Positions 44,976 to 55,263 of a stretch of 64,000 bases of DNA are shown in pieces. How positions within the stretch are numbered: position 1 is the first letter of the stretch; every line of letters starts with the position of its first letter. This stretch comes from an uncultured virus (IMG/VR IMGVR_UViG_3300034072_000446). Lineage: Duplodnaviria > Heunggongvirae > Uroviricota > Caudoviricetes. Where the stretch lies: IMG/VR virus record IMGVR_UViG_3300034072_000446; one strand, written 5' to 3'. The position numbers and the translations under genes are program-made. The notes beneath the pieces were generated by a model. The model had not been told where the DNA came from, did no database searches, and was given only the letters and a program-made list of their open reading frames with translations.

Positions 44976-46943
44976 CTACTTCGCTATCCACCCGGCGCTG
45001 CCAGTGCCGCTTTCCTTGACGTACAGTGTGGTTGTCGCCCCGCCCGAAGTATCGGTATAGAGCGATCCTACAGGCGCGGTGACATTACCATTCGGGCTTC
45101 CTGCGCCACTCGTCCAAATGGGGGCCCCTGAGCCGGGGCGAAACTCTTTTGAATACGCCCGATTAAACCTATTTGTCGAGCGGCCAAGGCCAATAACATC
45201 GTCGGTTACAGGATAAAGCGCATTCAAAACCGGAGATAGGCGAAGATATTCCACCATTGCTCCGCCAGTATTCAAAAAGATAGCAAGGCGGTCATTGTTT
45301 CCACCATCTTGGGCCGCTGCAATCCGCGCGGCAGTGCGCGCCGTGCCGCCCCCTGCTGGAGTTTGGATTTCAAAACCACCGCCGCGACCATCGGAGGCAT
45401 TGCCAAAAATTTTGGCAATAACAGGATAGTCGAAGGTTCCACTGGTAGGTCTTTCGGAAGTCAGGATATTGGTGACGCGCAAAGCGTCCATTTTGCTGAT
45501 ACCCGGACTAATTATGATAGTATTTGATCCAGTGTCAGTCATGCCGGGCCCCGGTGTTACGCCAAGCATGACCGTGTTAAATCCAGAGTTTACGATATTC
45601 CCTCCGACATTTCCTTCATTCTGTTCGCCAGCATAAATCGTTGTATAACGCGCTCCGATATTGGTGCCGCCAGTATTTACGATGTTGATGCCAGCCCCGG
45701 TGTTGGTTTGTGGGAGAAAGTTCTCAATGGAATTATACCAGCCACCATTTATCTTAATACCATCACCGCCGTTGCTTGTGGCGTCAATGTGCTTAATTAG
45801 GCCATTGTTGCAGTTTGCGCCAAAAGACGTGTTGTTGCGATAAAATTCATCATCGACATGATAGCCATGACGACCGTTTTCGCGGAGAAATATGTTTTCG
45901 TGAAAAAATTGATTACAGTTCAATTGAACGCTATCGCCAACGCGAATGCCATCCTGCCCCATTTTGTGCGAGGATACGCGAAGCAGGATCGAGCGCCCGC
46001 CGCGCACATGGATGCCGTCACCAGTATTGCCGGTTTGCCCGATAAACCCACATTCCATGACACCAGCCCCAAGCGCATTGAGGACCAACACCGCGCCGGT
46101 CATAGTGCTTTTTTTGATGATCTGAGTCGCGGCGGTTACTGATGGAAGCGGTGAGCAACCTACGCCGAGCAAAATAACGGGTTTAGAAAAAACCACGCCC
46201 GAACCCCACAGGTAGGTTCCTTGGGGCGCATAAATGGTGCCGCCCGTTTCTGGTAGCGCATCATGGGCCGCCTGAAAGGCTGGCGCATCGTCTGCGGCAC
46301 CATCCCCAACCGCGCCGAAGTCCTTGACGCTGACGGTCTCCCCCAACTTATCCTGTACCGTACGTGCAACTGCGCCTGTGCCAGACTGGAGAAAGCCGAT
46401 CCGCGCAGCACCGCCCTGCCCAGACAGGTCGGACCGCAACACGCCGTCAAGCGCATCTGCATAGATCGGCTCCCCAGCGGAATTCCATGCCAGGAACTTT
46501 CCGTGTCGCCCGGCCGATGGCGGCAGCAGCGCGGCCGTTTCGCCATCGGGAAGCCGTAGCGCGCGTGATTGCACATCGGCCAGGTCAACCGCCTGCTCCT
46601 GCACCGCCATCATCGTGCGATCCAGCGCCAGCTCGTGGCTCCTTGCCGGGAACGCGCCCGATGTCGGATACTGCGTCGGCTGCGCCCGGGGTGTAACCCG
46701 CTTGATCCGCACCCGCTGCCCGGCGGCCGGCGGGGTCACCATGGTCACCGTTCCCCCGGCATCCGTGCTCCCGCCAGTCGCGCTGTAATGCACCCCGGCC
46801 GCCAGCACGGCTGCCACGCCCGCGCTGGAAAGCAGCTCCACTCTCAGGCTCGATGGATCGAGATAACGGAACCGCGCCGCAAACGCCGTCGTCACCCCGT
46901 CGCCGTCGTAAAGCTCGATCGGGTCCTTGGCTGCAACCGTCAT
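44976..46943 (-). CDS. Tail fibre/tailspike: T7 gp17-like anchor plus beta-helix depolymerase
   Basis: YDGDGVTTAF...HELALDRTMM anchor, [14 protein letters not shown] beta-helix cap, C-terminal GAGSPNG.VTAPVGSLY..LYVKESGTG..GW. Confidence 0.88.
   Translation of the reverse strand: MTVAAKDPIELYDGDGVTTAFAARFRYLDPSSLRVELLSSAGVAAVLAAGVHYSATGGSTDAGGTVTMVTPPAAGQRVRIKRVTPRAQPTQYPTSGAFPARSHELALDRTMMAVQEQAVDLADVQSRALRLPDGETAALLPPSAGRHGKFLAWNSAGEPIYADALDGVLRSDLSGQGGAARIGFLQSGTGAVARTVQDKLGETVSVKDFGAVGDGAADDAPAFQAAHDALPETGGTIYAPQGTYLWGSGVVFSKPVILLGVGCSPLPSVTAATQIIKKSTMTGAVLVLNALGAGVMECGFIGQTGNTGDGIHVRGGRSILLRVSSHKMGQDGIRVGDSVQLNCNQFFHENIFLRENGRHGYHVDDEFYRNNTSFGANCNNGLIKHIDATSNGGDGIKINGGWYNSIENFLPQTNTGAGINIVNTGGTNIGARYTTIYAGEQNEGNVGGNIVNSGFNTVMLGVTPGPGMTDTGSNTIIISPGISKMDALRVTNILTSERPTSGTFDYPVIAKIFGNASDGRGGGFEIQTPAGGGTARTAARIAAAQDGGNNDRLAIFLNTGGAMVEYLRLSPVLNALYPVTDDVIGLGRSTNRFNRAYSKEFRPGSGAPIWTSGAGSPNGNVTAPVGSLYTDTSGGATTTLYVKESGTGSAGWIAK
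46115..46374 (+). repeat. Copy 2 of the shared tailspike segment
   Basis: Matches 1-260 at an offset of 46114. Confidence 0.95.
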
Positions 46944-49381
46944 TGCACGATATCTCCCTGTTGCGGTTCAACTGCGTTGGAAAAGTCGGGCGCACGCGCC
47001 GGCGCGACGTCGCCCGGTGCCCACCAGAAATCGGTGCCCTGTTCGCGCGCGAAGTCCGCCATGCGCTGCCAGGACTGGTCATAGTTGGGATCGATCGCGC
47101 GCTGGATCTGGTCGGTCACCAGTCGATCGAACGCGGTCTTGGCATACCACAGCGAGCCGCCGGGAAGCTGGCTGCGGATGAATTTGAGGGTATCGCGCTG
47201 CGGATTGGCAGACTTGGGGATGTTCGCCAGCTTCTGCGCATCCGAGATGATCGGGCCTGCCAGCGTTTCGGCAAATCCGTTACCATAGGCATTTGTACTG
47301 CTCTGCAGGAAGTCGCCGAAGATGCCAAACCCGCCGCCCTGGAGCATCGCCGCGCCCCAAAATTCGGGCGTGGTGGAATCGCGCGGATCCTTGCCATTGG
47401 CCAACGCCTTCAATTGGAGCGCCAGACCCCCGAGAAGCGTTGTTGTGATGACCAATCCGGCCGCATAGCGCGCTGCATTTCCAGCGCTCATTTCCATGAT
47501 CCGGCGCGATTGCATCAGCATGACTGTGACGCCGAAGCTTTTGAACAGGAAAGCACTGCGAATTAATTCGCCGGCCACCGTACCTTTCGGCGCCACCGCA
47601 CTGATTCCGGCCTTCACCCGAAGGTCCGGCACCGGCACCGCGTGATCGACTTCGCGGGCGATCATTTCCAATAAGCGATCGCCCAGCTGCTTGTTCGGCA
47701 GATCGGTGGGCGACAGCCATTCCACGCCCCGGTCAATCGTTACCGGCGAAGTGCGGATTTCATCCCAATCCGCCGCGGTAAAGCCATAGCGATCGAGCGC
47801 GCCTCGCAAGGCCGGATCCAGCTCGCCAAGCGCCTTGCCGCGATGTTCAGTCAGCGTGCCCAGAAACTCCATGCCGAATGCCCAGCGCCCAGCTTGTGTC
47901 CACCGCGCAAGGCCCGAAATTTTCATTACGCCCTCGGCCAACCGTCGCGAAACCTCGCCGGTCATCTCCTCGCCCATGTAACGGTTCTGCGTTGCCGTGC
48001 GGCTCGACCACTCCTCCGCGATCAGGCCCCGGCGCACCGCCATGCGCTGATCCTCTAAAGCACCAGGCTTGAGGTATTTGACGTAATCATTGAGAAGGTT
48101 TGCCACCCGAAGGCCGTTGAATGCTCGGGTAACGGCCTGATTGCCAGCGTCCGAAACTGCGGACAGAGGCGCACTTCCCAGCTTTTGCGCCGTTTGGATC
48201 GACCGGATCGACGACATAACCAGAGCAAGGTTGCGGTTCTCCGCCCGGTTGCTCGCGCCGGTAAGTTCATTCCACATCCGGTCGATCGCGCCGATCTGTG
48301 GCCGCGCGCGGTCCACCGCCTTGCTGTTGGGCGCGGCGTCCGTCTCCGCATCCTTGCGGATCAGATCTTTCATCCACTCGATCGTGTTTCCGGGGTTCGG
48401 GCCCAGCACCTCGAGCATGGCCACATCGCGCGACATGCCATCGATGTGGCCCATCATCGCGTCGAACGCGGATCCCGCGCCGAACTGGTCGGCATAGGTC
48501 ATCCAGTCATCGGCACTCTTGAAGATCAGGAACCGGGCATCGCCGCGCCGGTTGGCCAGCGCCCCGCTGCCCATCCCGCCGGGCGCGCGATCCTTCCAGC
48601 CATCGCTGCGGATCGTCTCGAACACGTCGCGCAAAGCCAGCTCAAGGCTCTGTTGCGTGAACGGCCGCCCGGTGCGCTGATCGATCATCTTGCCCAAGTC
48701 GAGCCGTGGCAGGATCTCCGCGCGCCATGCCTCAAAACCGGCGGCACGCACGGCGCGGCTGTCGTGGGTCTGGGGCAGGCCCCACCGCTCGAGCTTGCCG
48801 ATATCGCCGCCGGCGGCGTTGAAGCGCTGGCGCAGCATTTCAGCCGTACGCAACCAGGCGTCGGCCAACTCGCGCGCGTTCGCGTTGCCGGTATTTTCGC
48901 CAAAGGCTTCGCGCACGATATCGGCCAGCTGCGCCTTGTTGCGCACTTCACCCAGCAGGTTGCTGGAATGCTCGGACAGGATCCGGTCCATGATTGCGTG
49001 CGCCCGGCCGCGCACCGCCCGCCAGCGGCCCTCGACGTTGGAATAGGTGGCGCGGCCGTCGCCTCCCAGCATGGCAGGTCCCGCGCGCGGGTCGATGGGA
49101 CCATCCCCGCCGCCGCCATTATAACCGCGAAGATCTGCCTCGATGCGTTGGCGCGCCCGGACCGTCTGCGCGGCAAGGAACTTCTTGCGCGCCGCCTCAG
49201 CCGCCATGGCTTTCAGCGCGGCATCTGTCGCCATGGCATCGGCGGCCTGGTCGCCAAACTGCCGCCGGAAATCCTGTTGCAGTTCGTCGAACAGCGCACC
49301 GGCGCGATCGGCCTGCTCCTGTGTCAGCTTGCCTTCGGAAACAAGGCCAGGAAGGCAGGGCTTCATGCTCATAGCAAGCAC
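46940..49381 (-). CDS. Internal virion / ejection protein
   Basis: 813-aa helical protein ending AMLQGGGFGIFGDFL; located before the tail fibre. Confidence 0.75.
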   Translation of the reverse strand: MLAMSMKPCLPGLVSEGKLTQEQADRAGALFDELQQDFRRQFGDQAADAMATDAALKAMAAEAARKKFLAAQTVRARQRIEADLRGYNGGGGDGPIDPRAGPAMLGGDGRATYSNVEGRWRAVRGRAHAIMDRILSEHSSNLLGEVRNKAQLADIVREAFGENTGNANARELADAWLRTAEMLRQRFNAAGGDIGKLERWGLPQTHDSRAVRAAGFEAWRAEILPRLDLGKMIDQRTGRPFTQQSLELALRDVFETIRSDGWKDRAPGGMGSGALANRRGDARFLIFKSADDWMTYADQFGAGSAFDAMMGHIDGMSRDVAMLEVLGPNPGNTIEWMKDLIRKDAETDAAPNSKAVDRARPQIGAIDRMWNELTGASNRAENRNLALVMSSIRSIQTAQKLGSAPLSAVSDAGNQAVTRAFNGLRVANLLNDYVKYLKPGALEDQRMAVRRGLIAEEWSSRTATQNRYMGEEMTGEVSRRLAEGVMKISGLARWTQAGRWAFGMEFLGTLTEHRGKALGELDPALRGALDRYGFTAADWDEIRTSPVTIDRGVEWLSPTDLPNKQLGDRLLEMIAREVDHAVPVPDLRVKAGISAVAPKGTVAGELIRSAFLFKSFGVTVMLMQSRRIMEMSAGNAARYAAGLVITTTLLGGLALQLKALANGKDPRDSTTPEFWGAAMLQGGGFGIFGDFLQSSTNAYGNGFAETLAGPIISDAQKLANIPKSANPQRDTLKFIRSQLPGGSLWYAKTAFDRLVTDQIQRAIDPNYDQSWQRMADFAREQGTDFWWAPGDVAPARAPDFSNAVEPQQGDIVQ

Positions 49382-52305
49382 CCCTTGATCGCCTCGATCG
49401 CCGCTTCGTCGCTGGCGATTTCGTCCTCGATTTCCTTCAAGGTTCGCGCGCCCTTGCCGTCGCCCAGGTCGAACGTGGGTTGGTCGGCCGCATCGAACAG
49501 CGGCGTGCCCATCGTGCCGTCCTGCTCGGCTTTGGCGCGCATTGGGGCCTCGGCCCCAAGCTGTGCCTTCTGGCGATCGAGCGCGGCAATGTTGGGATCG
49601 ACCTCCGCCCGCACGTCGTGCCAGGCGCTGTCCGCTACTTGGGCAATGCCGTCTCCGGCGGGATCGTCAAAGGCGGCGTGCGCCTGTTCGTCGATCAGCG
49701 GCGAGCCAAGCCCCGCCGCCTCGATCTCGTCTAGCTCTTTCGGGCTCGGTCGACCATTGGCTGTACCAGATCCAGCGTCCGTTGCGCCCGCGCGCGCAGA
49801 TCCGGCGTCAACCGCTGATCCTGTGCCGCTTTCTGCAGTCGCTCCAGCTTCACTGGCGAGATCATAGTAAGGATCCTCGATCTCGAGGTAAGCCGCCTCG
49901 AGCACGTCGTCGATATCGCGGTTTACCATCTCAAGCACGTAGGGTGCAAGCTCGTCCGCACTTGGCAGGTCGGCTTCCCGCCAAGGCGGCAGGGTGTCGG
50001 TCCCGTCTGCCAGCAGCTGCTCGAGCCGAGCAACATCACCGCTCAGCATTGGCGCGGTACCAGCGACGTCGGCCGCCTCGTTCCAACGGTCATAGCGCTG
50101 CCAGAACCGGTCCTGCTCGGCCACGTCCGCCGCCACGTCCGGGGCATCTTCCTTGGGCCGTGCAAAGTCGGCCGCCGTGGCCTTGGGCTCGGGCGCCTGG
50201 TCCGCGAAGCTGTAGCGCTTTTCCTTCTTGCGGATCGCGTCGTCCAGCCAGGCGATCAGTTCCGTATCGGTCGGTCGCGGCGTTGACTCCGGCGGCCCGA
50301 AGTAACCTGCATCCCATAGCAGATCGGCCATGTTGTCGAGGCCTTGCCCCGTGGGGCGCAGCAGCGGCCCCGATTGCGGCACGAAGTAATTCAGGTTGCC
50401 GCTGTTGCGCAGGTCATGGCCCTTGCTGTCGATCTTGTCGGCAAGCCTCGGATCCAGCCCGTCGTAGGAAATGCCGCCGCGCCGTGCGATGAACGTCAGG
50501 GCATCTTCCGGCCCCCGCGCCATCCTGCGACGATAGATCCCGCTCTTGGTCAGGGTCAGCCGGCCTTCGTCGACCAGCTTCTGCAGGATCGGCTGCAGGC
50601 TGTCTTCATCCGTGCCCAGCTCGCGCGCCAGCCCCGGCATGTCGTTCAGCGAGATCTTGCGATCATCCACGATCGCGCGCATCGCGGTGAACAGCCCATC
50701 GTTCACCACTTCCGGCCGCAAGGGTGGTTGCGGGGCGATGTCTTCCACCGCGACCGGCTCGGGCATGTCAACCAGCGGTCGCTCGGCGTCGAGCGCGGCA
50801 GGGCGCACCGTCGCCATATCGCCCACCGGCGCGATCGCGCCCGGCTCGCTGCCCATCCGCTCGGCCGCCCAACGGCGAAAGCTGCCTGCCGTCATCCCCT
50901 CGAGGTGCGGGTTGGCTCGCATCACTTCCGGCGTCAGCAGCTGCGCCAGCGGTGTGTCGGCGGCCGCACGGAAGATCTTGCCAGCGCCGCCGGTGCCCAT
51001 GTGGTGCACCACGTAAAGGTTACCGGGACTTGCCTCGATGCCATTGCGCTGCAACCAGGCCGCGTTGTCTTCCGTAAAGGCACGCATGACGCGTTCCTGC
51101 ACGTCGCCCTGGTTCTTGCGCGCAAGGATCCGCTCGTCACTCAGGCCGGTGTTGGGGAAGGCCTTGCGATAGTAGGTGACGAACGTGTCATCGATAAACC
51201 CGTATCGTCCCGCCGCGCTCGATGTCTTGCTGCGCGCGCTGTCGTTGCCACCCGACTCTTGGGCCCGCGCCGCCGCCATGTAGCGCTCGATCGAATTGCC
51301 CAGGCCTTCGGCGATCGGCTGTGTCACCGGCGCCGGCGTGATCGGCAGGCGATCGCCCGCCGTCATGCTGTCCATCACCTCGCGGATCCGCGCGAAGTGC
51401 GCGTCCAGCCCCTCATGTGTGTTCACGAAGGGATTGGCCGACGCCACTTCCTCGTGCCGGGTCAATACATTCCACGCGGCCGCAACGTCCGGCGGCATCA
51501 GGTGCTTGGGGCTGGCCTCTTTCAGCGCCTGTGCCGCGCGATAATCGAACGGCGCGGCCTTTTCGTAAAGCTTTGCGCCAACCTTAGGACCATAGGCGAT
51601 CGCGCCGGCAAAGGCGGCATTCGCCGCGCCACCGATAAGCATATCGTTCGCCAGTTGGTCGGCGCTGTAGCCTTCCCCCATGTTGACTCGAGCATGGACG
51701 CGCGCCGGCGTTTGCAACGCCGTGCCCAGCGCACCGGCATAGAACTGCGCGATCAGGAATTCGGAGGCTGTCTTCGTCCCGCCACCCAGCAGCAGCTGCG
51801 GCAGGTTCTCGGCCGAACCGGCCGTGGAAATGCCGAACGCCAACATCGGCGCGATCTGGCTGCCAAAGCCCCCGCGCGCTGCCACGGCCATGTCCTTTGC
51901 GCGCTCGCCCTTGCGCGCATAGGCCCAAGTGTCGAACTCCGCTTGAGTCTTGGGAATGTCGGCGAAGGCGCGCGGGTTCAGGCGGCGCGCCTCTTCCACG
52001 TCGCGCCACAAAGCTCCGAACCGTTTTTCAAAATCGGTGCCCCAGTAACTCGTCCACTCCGGGTTGCGATAGCGGCTGCGCTTGCGACCCATTCCGACCA
52101 GCGCAGTCTCGAGATCGTCGTAGGCCTTGGCCCGGTTATTGAAGTTGCCGGCCTCGTCGTCGTCCAGGGCAAGCCGCCAGTTAGCCGCCGCGGCGTCCAG
52201 CCAGCTGACGGGACCGGTATTGACGGACTCGCTGTCGCTCGCCTGTCGTTGCGGCATGGTGCGGTCCTGGTCGAGCCGCGGCCGCATCGCCGCCAGAACG
52301 CTCAT
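49369..52305 (-). CDS. Internal virion protein with lysozyme/transglycosylase-like domain
   Basis: QESGGN..ARS.TSSAAGRYGFI..TF and NLYVVHHMG.GGA motifs. Confidence 0.78.
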   Translation of the reverse strand: MSVLAAMRPRLDQDRTMPQRQASDSESVNTGPVSWLDAAAANWRLALDDDEAGNFNNRAKAYDDLETALVGMGRKRSRYRNPEWTSYWGTDFEKRFGALWRDVEEARRLNPRAFADIPKTQAEFDTWAYARKGERAKDMAVAARGGFGSQIAPMLAFGISTAGSAENLPQLLLGGGTKTASEFLIAQFYAGALGTALQTPARVHARVNMGEGYSADQLANDMLIGGAANAAFAGAIAYGPKVGAKLYEKAAPFDYRAAQALKEASPKHLMPPDVAAAWNVLTRHEEVASANPFVNTHEGLDAHFARIREVMDSMTAGDRLPITPAPVTQPIAEGLGNSIERYMAAARAQESGGNDSARSKTSSAAGRYGFIDDTFVTYYRKAFPNTGLSDERILARKNQGDVQERVMRAFTEDNAAWLQRNGIEASPGNLYVVHHMGTGGAGKIFRAAADTPLAQLLTPEVMRANPHLEGMTAGSFRRWAAERMGSEPGAIAPVGDMATVRPAALDAERPLVDMPEPVAVEDIAPQPPLRPEVVNDGLFTAMRAIVDDRKISLNDMPGLARELGTDEDSLQPILQKLVDEGRLTLTKSGIYRRRMARGPEDALTFIARRGGISYDGLDPRLADKIDSKGHDLRNSGNLNYFVPQSGPLLRPTGQGLDNMADLLWDAGYFGPPESTPRPTDTELIAWLDDAIRKKEKRYSFADQAPEPKATAADFARPKEDAPDVAADVAEQDRFWQRYDRWNEAADVAGTAPMLSGDVARLEQLLADGTDTLPPWREADLPSADELAPYVLEMVNRDIDDVLEAAYLEIEDPYYDLASEAGATAESGTGSAVDAGSARAGATDAGSGTANGRPSPKELDEIEAAGLGSPLIDEQAHAAFDDPAGDGIAQVADSAWHDVRAEVDPNIAALDRQKAQLGAEAPMRAKAEQDGTMGTPLFDAADQPTFDLGDGKGARTLKEIEDEIASDEAAIEAIKGCLL

Positions 52306-54305
52306 TTTGCACCTCGGCGATAAACGCGGGTGACGTAGACTTGACCTTTTGCTGTCTTTACCAACGACCCGCCTGGGGTCTCCCAGCGATAGCGATCAGG
52401 AGCGATCCACACCGGGTAGGCATTGTTGAGGTTGTAGGGCGTCCCATCGAGATTGACCGGGCCTTCGCCGCGCTTGTCATCCATGCCGCGCTGCCGTGTG
52501 ACAAGGATCTGGAAGCTGCCATGATCCAGATCGTCGGGCAGGGCATAGGGTTGGCCACCGGCCCAATGGCCAATCCCGCCAAGATATCCGCCGTTCGGCT
52601 TGTAATACCCGCCAAGCGCGAGCGTCGCCGCATTGCGGATGTCGCCGGGCGTCAACGAATTTATGTTCCGCCCCTTTGACGCAAGCCACCCCGCCAGCCA
52701 TTGCTCGGAGATCTGCTTTACCGCGCTTGCTTCTTCAGGTCCGGCATTCCGCAGAGCAAAGTCGATTTCAGATCTGGCGATGCCCAGCAGCTGATGAGCA
52801 CGATCGCCGCCCGGAGCTTTGCGATCAGGCGTCAAGAATGTGCGATCTGCCGCCAGCTTCTCACGTCCCTCGAATACGGTCGCGCGCGCGAGTGGCCGGA
52901 TCAGGGACTCATGCCGGAAGCTGACATCGTTGGGCATGATCTGACGCGCCGCCACAGCCCGCTCAGCCGATGGCATGGCGTCCAGCCCTTTTAGCACTTC
53001 TCGCCGCCCGGCCGCGCCGCTGGTGACCCGCTCGCGCAACGGCACCAGCTCGTTGTCGGAAAACACCGGCACCGGGCGGCCTGTGGCTGCCGAGTATTGA
53101 CGCCGCCATTCCAGACGCTTTGCCACCGATTGCGGGTCTGCCGGGTCCAGCACAGGTGGAACGCTCGATCCCGTGCCATACTTGGCCGCATAGCCAACGG
53201 GATCGTTGTTGAAATCACTGTCCATCGCGCTGACCGCGCCACTGCGCGCGTATTGCAGCTCACGATCTTCCTGGTCGGTACGCTTTTCCTTGCCACTCAA
53301 GGCCGCAATGCGTTGCTCACGCTGCACCGGCGTCATCGCGCGATAGACTTTCGCGAAGGCATTGTTCGCCTTGATGCCGTCCAGCTCCAGCGCGGCTGAC
53401 GTATCCCCCATGGCCGCCGCGGCCTGTATCAGCTGGTCGATACGCGCCGGATCCACTTCCAGCCCTTGGCTGTCCGCCTCTTTCAGCGTTGCAATCTGCT
53501 CGCGGACCGCCGCCTTCTGCATGTTGGCTTCATGCTCGGCTTGCGCCTGCACGCGCCGGATCTCCACGTCGGCGCCGCTGCGCAGCTGCTCGAGCTGCTG
53601 TGGTTCGAGCACGTCGTTGAACGCGCCGGCGTCGATCAGCCCGCGCGCCACTGCGGGATTGTCGTCAATTCGCCCGTTGAGGAACGAAATCGCAAATTTC
53701 TGGTGTGTCTCGCGCTTCAGCTTGCGGCGCGTGTCCTCGTCCAGGTTAAGGCTGTCGATATAGGCTTCGGCCAGCGCGGACTCATCCTGGTACGCGTTCT
53801 GATCGGGCAGGGCGCGTACGCGGTTAGCGCCGATATCGGAATATACCTGTGCATCGTCCAGCGTCTTGGCAACGCGCTTGCCCTCCGCCCAAGTGCCTTC
53901 GCGCTCGAGGAGTGACGAACCGAACGCGATGAACTGCTGTTCGGCCTGGCGCTTCACGCTGTCTTCGGTCAGCCCGGCAAACAGGGTTTCGCGGCCTTTC
54001 TCATAGGCCTGCCGCATCGCCTCGGTATGCCCGACGCCGCCGGGTGCCGCACTGCTGCGCGTCGCCCGTACCGTCTCGTCCATGGAAAGACGGAACTCGG
54101 CAAAGCGCCGGGCAAAGTCCGTCGCCTCGGCATCGGCCGTCGCTGCCCGCTGGATCTTGTAATCGTTGATCTGGCCCTGATGGAAGACTTGCCCGGCCTC
54201 GCCGATCGAGCGGCCAAGCCCCGCGCCATAGGCCTCGGGCGAAACCTGCACGGCCACGTCCTGCGCCCGGGCTCCAACTTGACTGTCGTATCCGCGCGTC
54301 GCCAT
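52302..54305 (-). CDS. Internal virion protein
   Basis: 667-aa Ala/Gln-rich helical ORF, translationally coupled. Confidence 0.7.
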   Translation of the reverse strand: MATRGYDSQVGARAQDVAVQVSPEAYGAGLGRSIGEAGQVFHQGQINDYKIQRAATADAEATDFARRFAEFRLSMDETVRATRSSAAPGGVGHTEAMRQAYEKGRETLFAGLTEDSVKRQAEQQFIAFGSSLLEREGTWAEGKRVAKTLDDAQVYSDIGANRVRALPDQNAYQDESALAEAYIDSLNLDEDTRRKLKRETHQKFAISFLNGRIDDNPAVARGLIDAGAFNDVLEPQQLEQLRSGADVEIRRVQAQAEHEANMQKAAVREQIATLKEADSQGLEVDPARIDQLIQAAAAMGDTSAALELDGIKANNAFAKVYRAMTPVQREQRIAALSGKEKRTDQEDRELQYARSGAVSAMDSDFNNDPVGYAAKYGTGSSVPPVLDPADPQSVAKRLEWRRQYSAATGRPVPVFSDNELVPLRERVTSGAAGRREVLKGLDAMPSAERAVAARQIMPNDVSFRHESLIRPLARATVFEGREKLAADRTFLTPDRKAPGGDRAHQLLGIARSEIDFALRNAGPEEASAVKQISEQWLAGWLASKGRNINSLTPGDIRNAATLALGGYYKPNGGYLGGIGHWAGGQPYALPDDLDHGSFQILVTRQRGMDDKRGEGPVNLDGTPYNLNNAYPVWIAPDRYRWETPGGSLVKTAKGQVYVTRVYRRGAK

Positions 54306-54751
54306 CAGCCTGCACTCGTGCCGGCACGCGCAGCGGCCCAGTCATTGTTCATGCCTTTGGCAGCCGAAGCGCTGCCAAGCAGGCTACTGGCCAGCTGGAA
54401 ATAGCCTTGCGTCCGTGTCGCGCTCGCCTGTTTCCTCAGCGTCTGCGCCTTCACCGTGCCTTCTCGCCTTATGCGCAGCACGTCCAGCGCGGCATTGATC
54501 TGGCTTTCCCGCAGATAGTCGAGCGTGCTGCCCGTGCCGCCCTCGATGCCGCCGGAAAACTGGCTTGCGAGCTGCTGGCCGATCGCCTCGCGCGCCTGCA
54601 TCCGCAGGTCCGCCTCCTGCTGCACCGCCGCCTGCTGTTCTTCCCACGCCTGCGCATCCAGCGCCGCCGCGTTGGCCTGGCTCGCCTTGAACTGGCCGAT
54701 ACCTTGGATGATGGGCCCCGCAATGGCCGCCGCAGCTGGCAGGAACGACAT
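54305..54751 (-). CDS. Small internal virion protein
   Basis: MSFLPAAAAIAG..., Ala/Gln-rich. Confidence 0.7.
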   Translation of the reverse strand: MSFLPAAAAIAGPIIQGIGQFKASQANAAALDAQAWEEQQAAVQQEADLRMQAREAIGQQLASQFSGGIEGGTGSTLDYLRESQINAALDVLRIRREGTVKAQTLRKQASATRTQGYFQLASSLLGSASAAKGMNNDWAAARAGTSAG

Positions 54752-55263
54752 CAGCGGATCCTCTCGAACAGGACATGGGTTTCGCTGGCCGCGCCGAACT
54801 TGCGCAAACACGCCACTGCCGTCAGGCCTGCCATCATGGCCCACCGGCAGGGGGCGGTCGGATCGACCATCACGCTGGTCAGCAACTCGTAGGGATCCAG
54901 ATGCGGAAACCGCGCAAGGATGGCTTCGGCGTCATTGGCAAGGGCCACCGCCTCGATCCTTGGCAGCGGGCTCTCAGCCACGATCCGGTGCGCAAAGCGG
55001 GTCAGTGGCACATGCGCGGCGCCCAGCCCTTGCGCGAACAGTGCCATCGCCACGGCGCTGCGGCCGGGGAAATTCTCCGCAATCGAAATGCAGCAGATGA
55101 TCCGGTCGCCGTCCAGCGCCGTCCAAGCATCGCGCTGGTCGGCCAGCGCTTCGGCTTCTTCCTGGGTAAACTGCGTGGGCAGCCCCATCTGCAAGGATTG
55201 GCTCGGCTGCACCACGATTTCAGCCAGGTCCGATGGCACCATGCGGCGAACGTGAAACATCAT
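54751..55263 (-). CDS. GNAT-like assembly protein
   Basis: Position after tail tube B; acetyltransferase-like pattern. Confidence 0.55.
   Translation of the reverse strand: MMFHVRRMVPSDLAEIVVQPSQSLQMGLPTQFTQEEAEALADQRDAWTALDGDRIICCISIAENFPGRSAVAMALFAQGLGAAHVPLTRFAHRIVAESPLPRIEAVALANDAEAILARFPHLDPYELLTSVMVDPTAPCRWAMMAGLTAVACLRKFGAASETHVLFERIR

Larger units (their letters stand above)
1..46114. mobile_element. Probably complete, circularly permuted lytic podovirus genome (phage 1)
   Basis: Terminase, portal, capsid, tail, lysis, PolA, primase-helicase and RNR genes are all present. Nt 1-127 equal 46115-46241, which closes the circle inside the tailspike gene. No integrase or repressor seen. 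Confidence 0.85.

Noticed and set aside
46115..46241. attL/attR or phage terminal repeat
   Set aside because: It lies inside a tailspike gene, phage 1 has no integrase, and the 127-nt length fits an assembler k-mer overlap. The likely physical end is near 11.5 kb.
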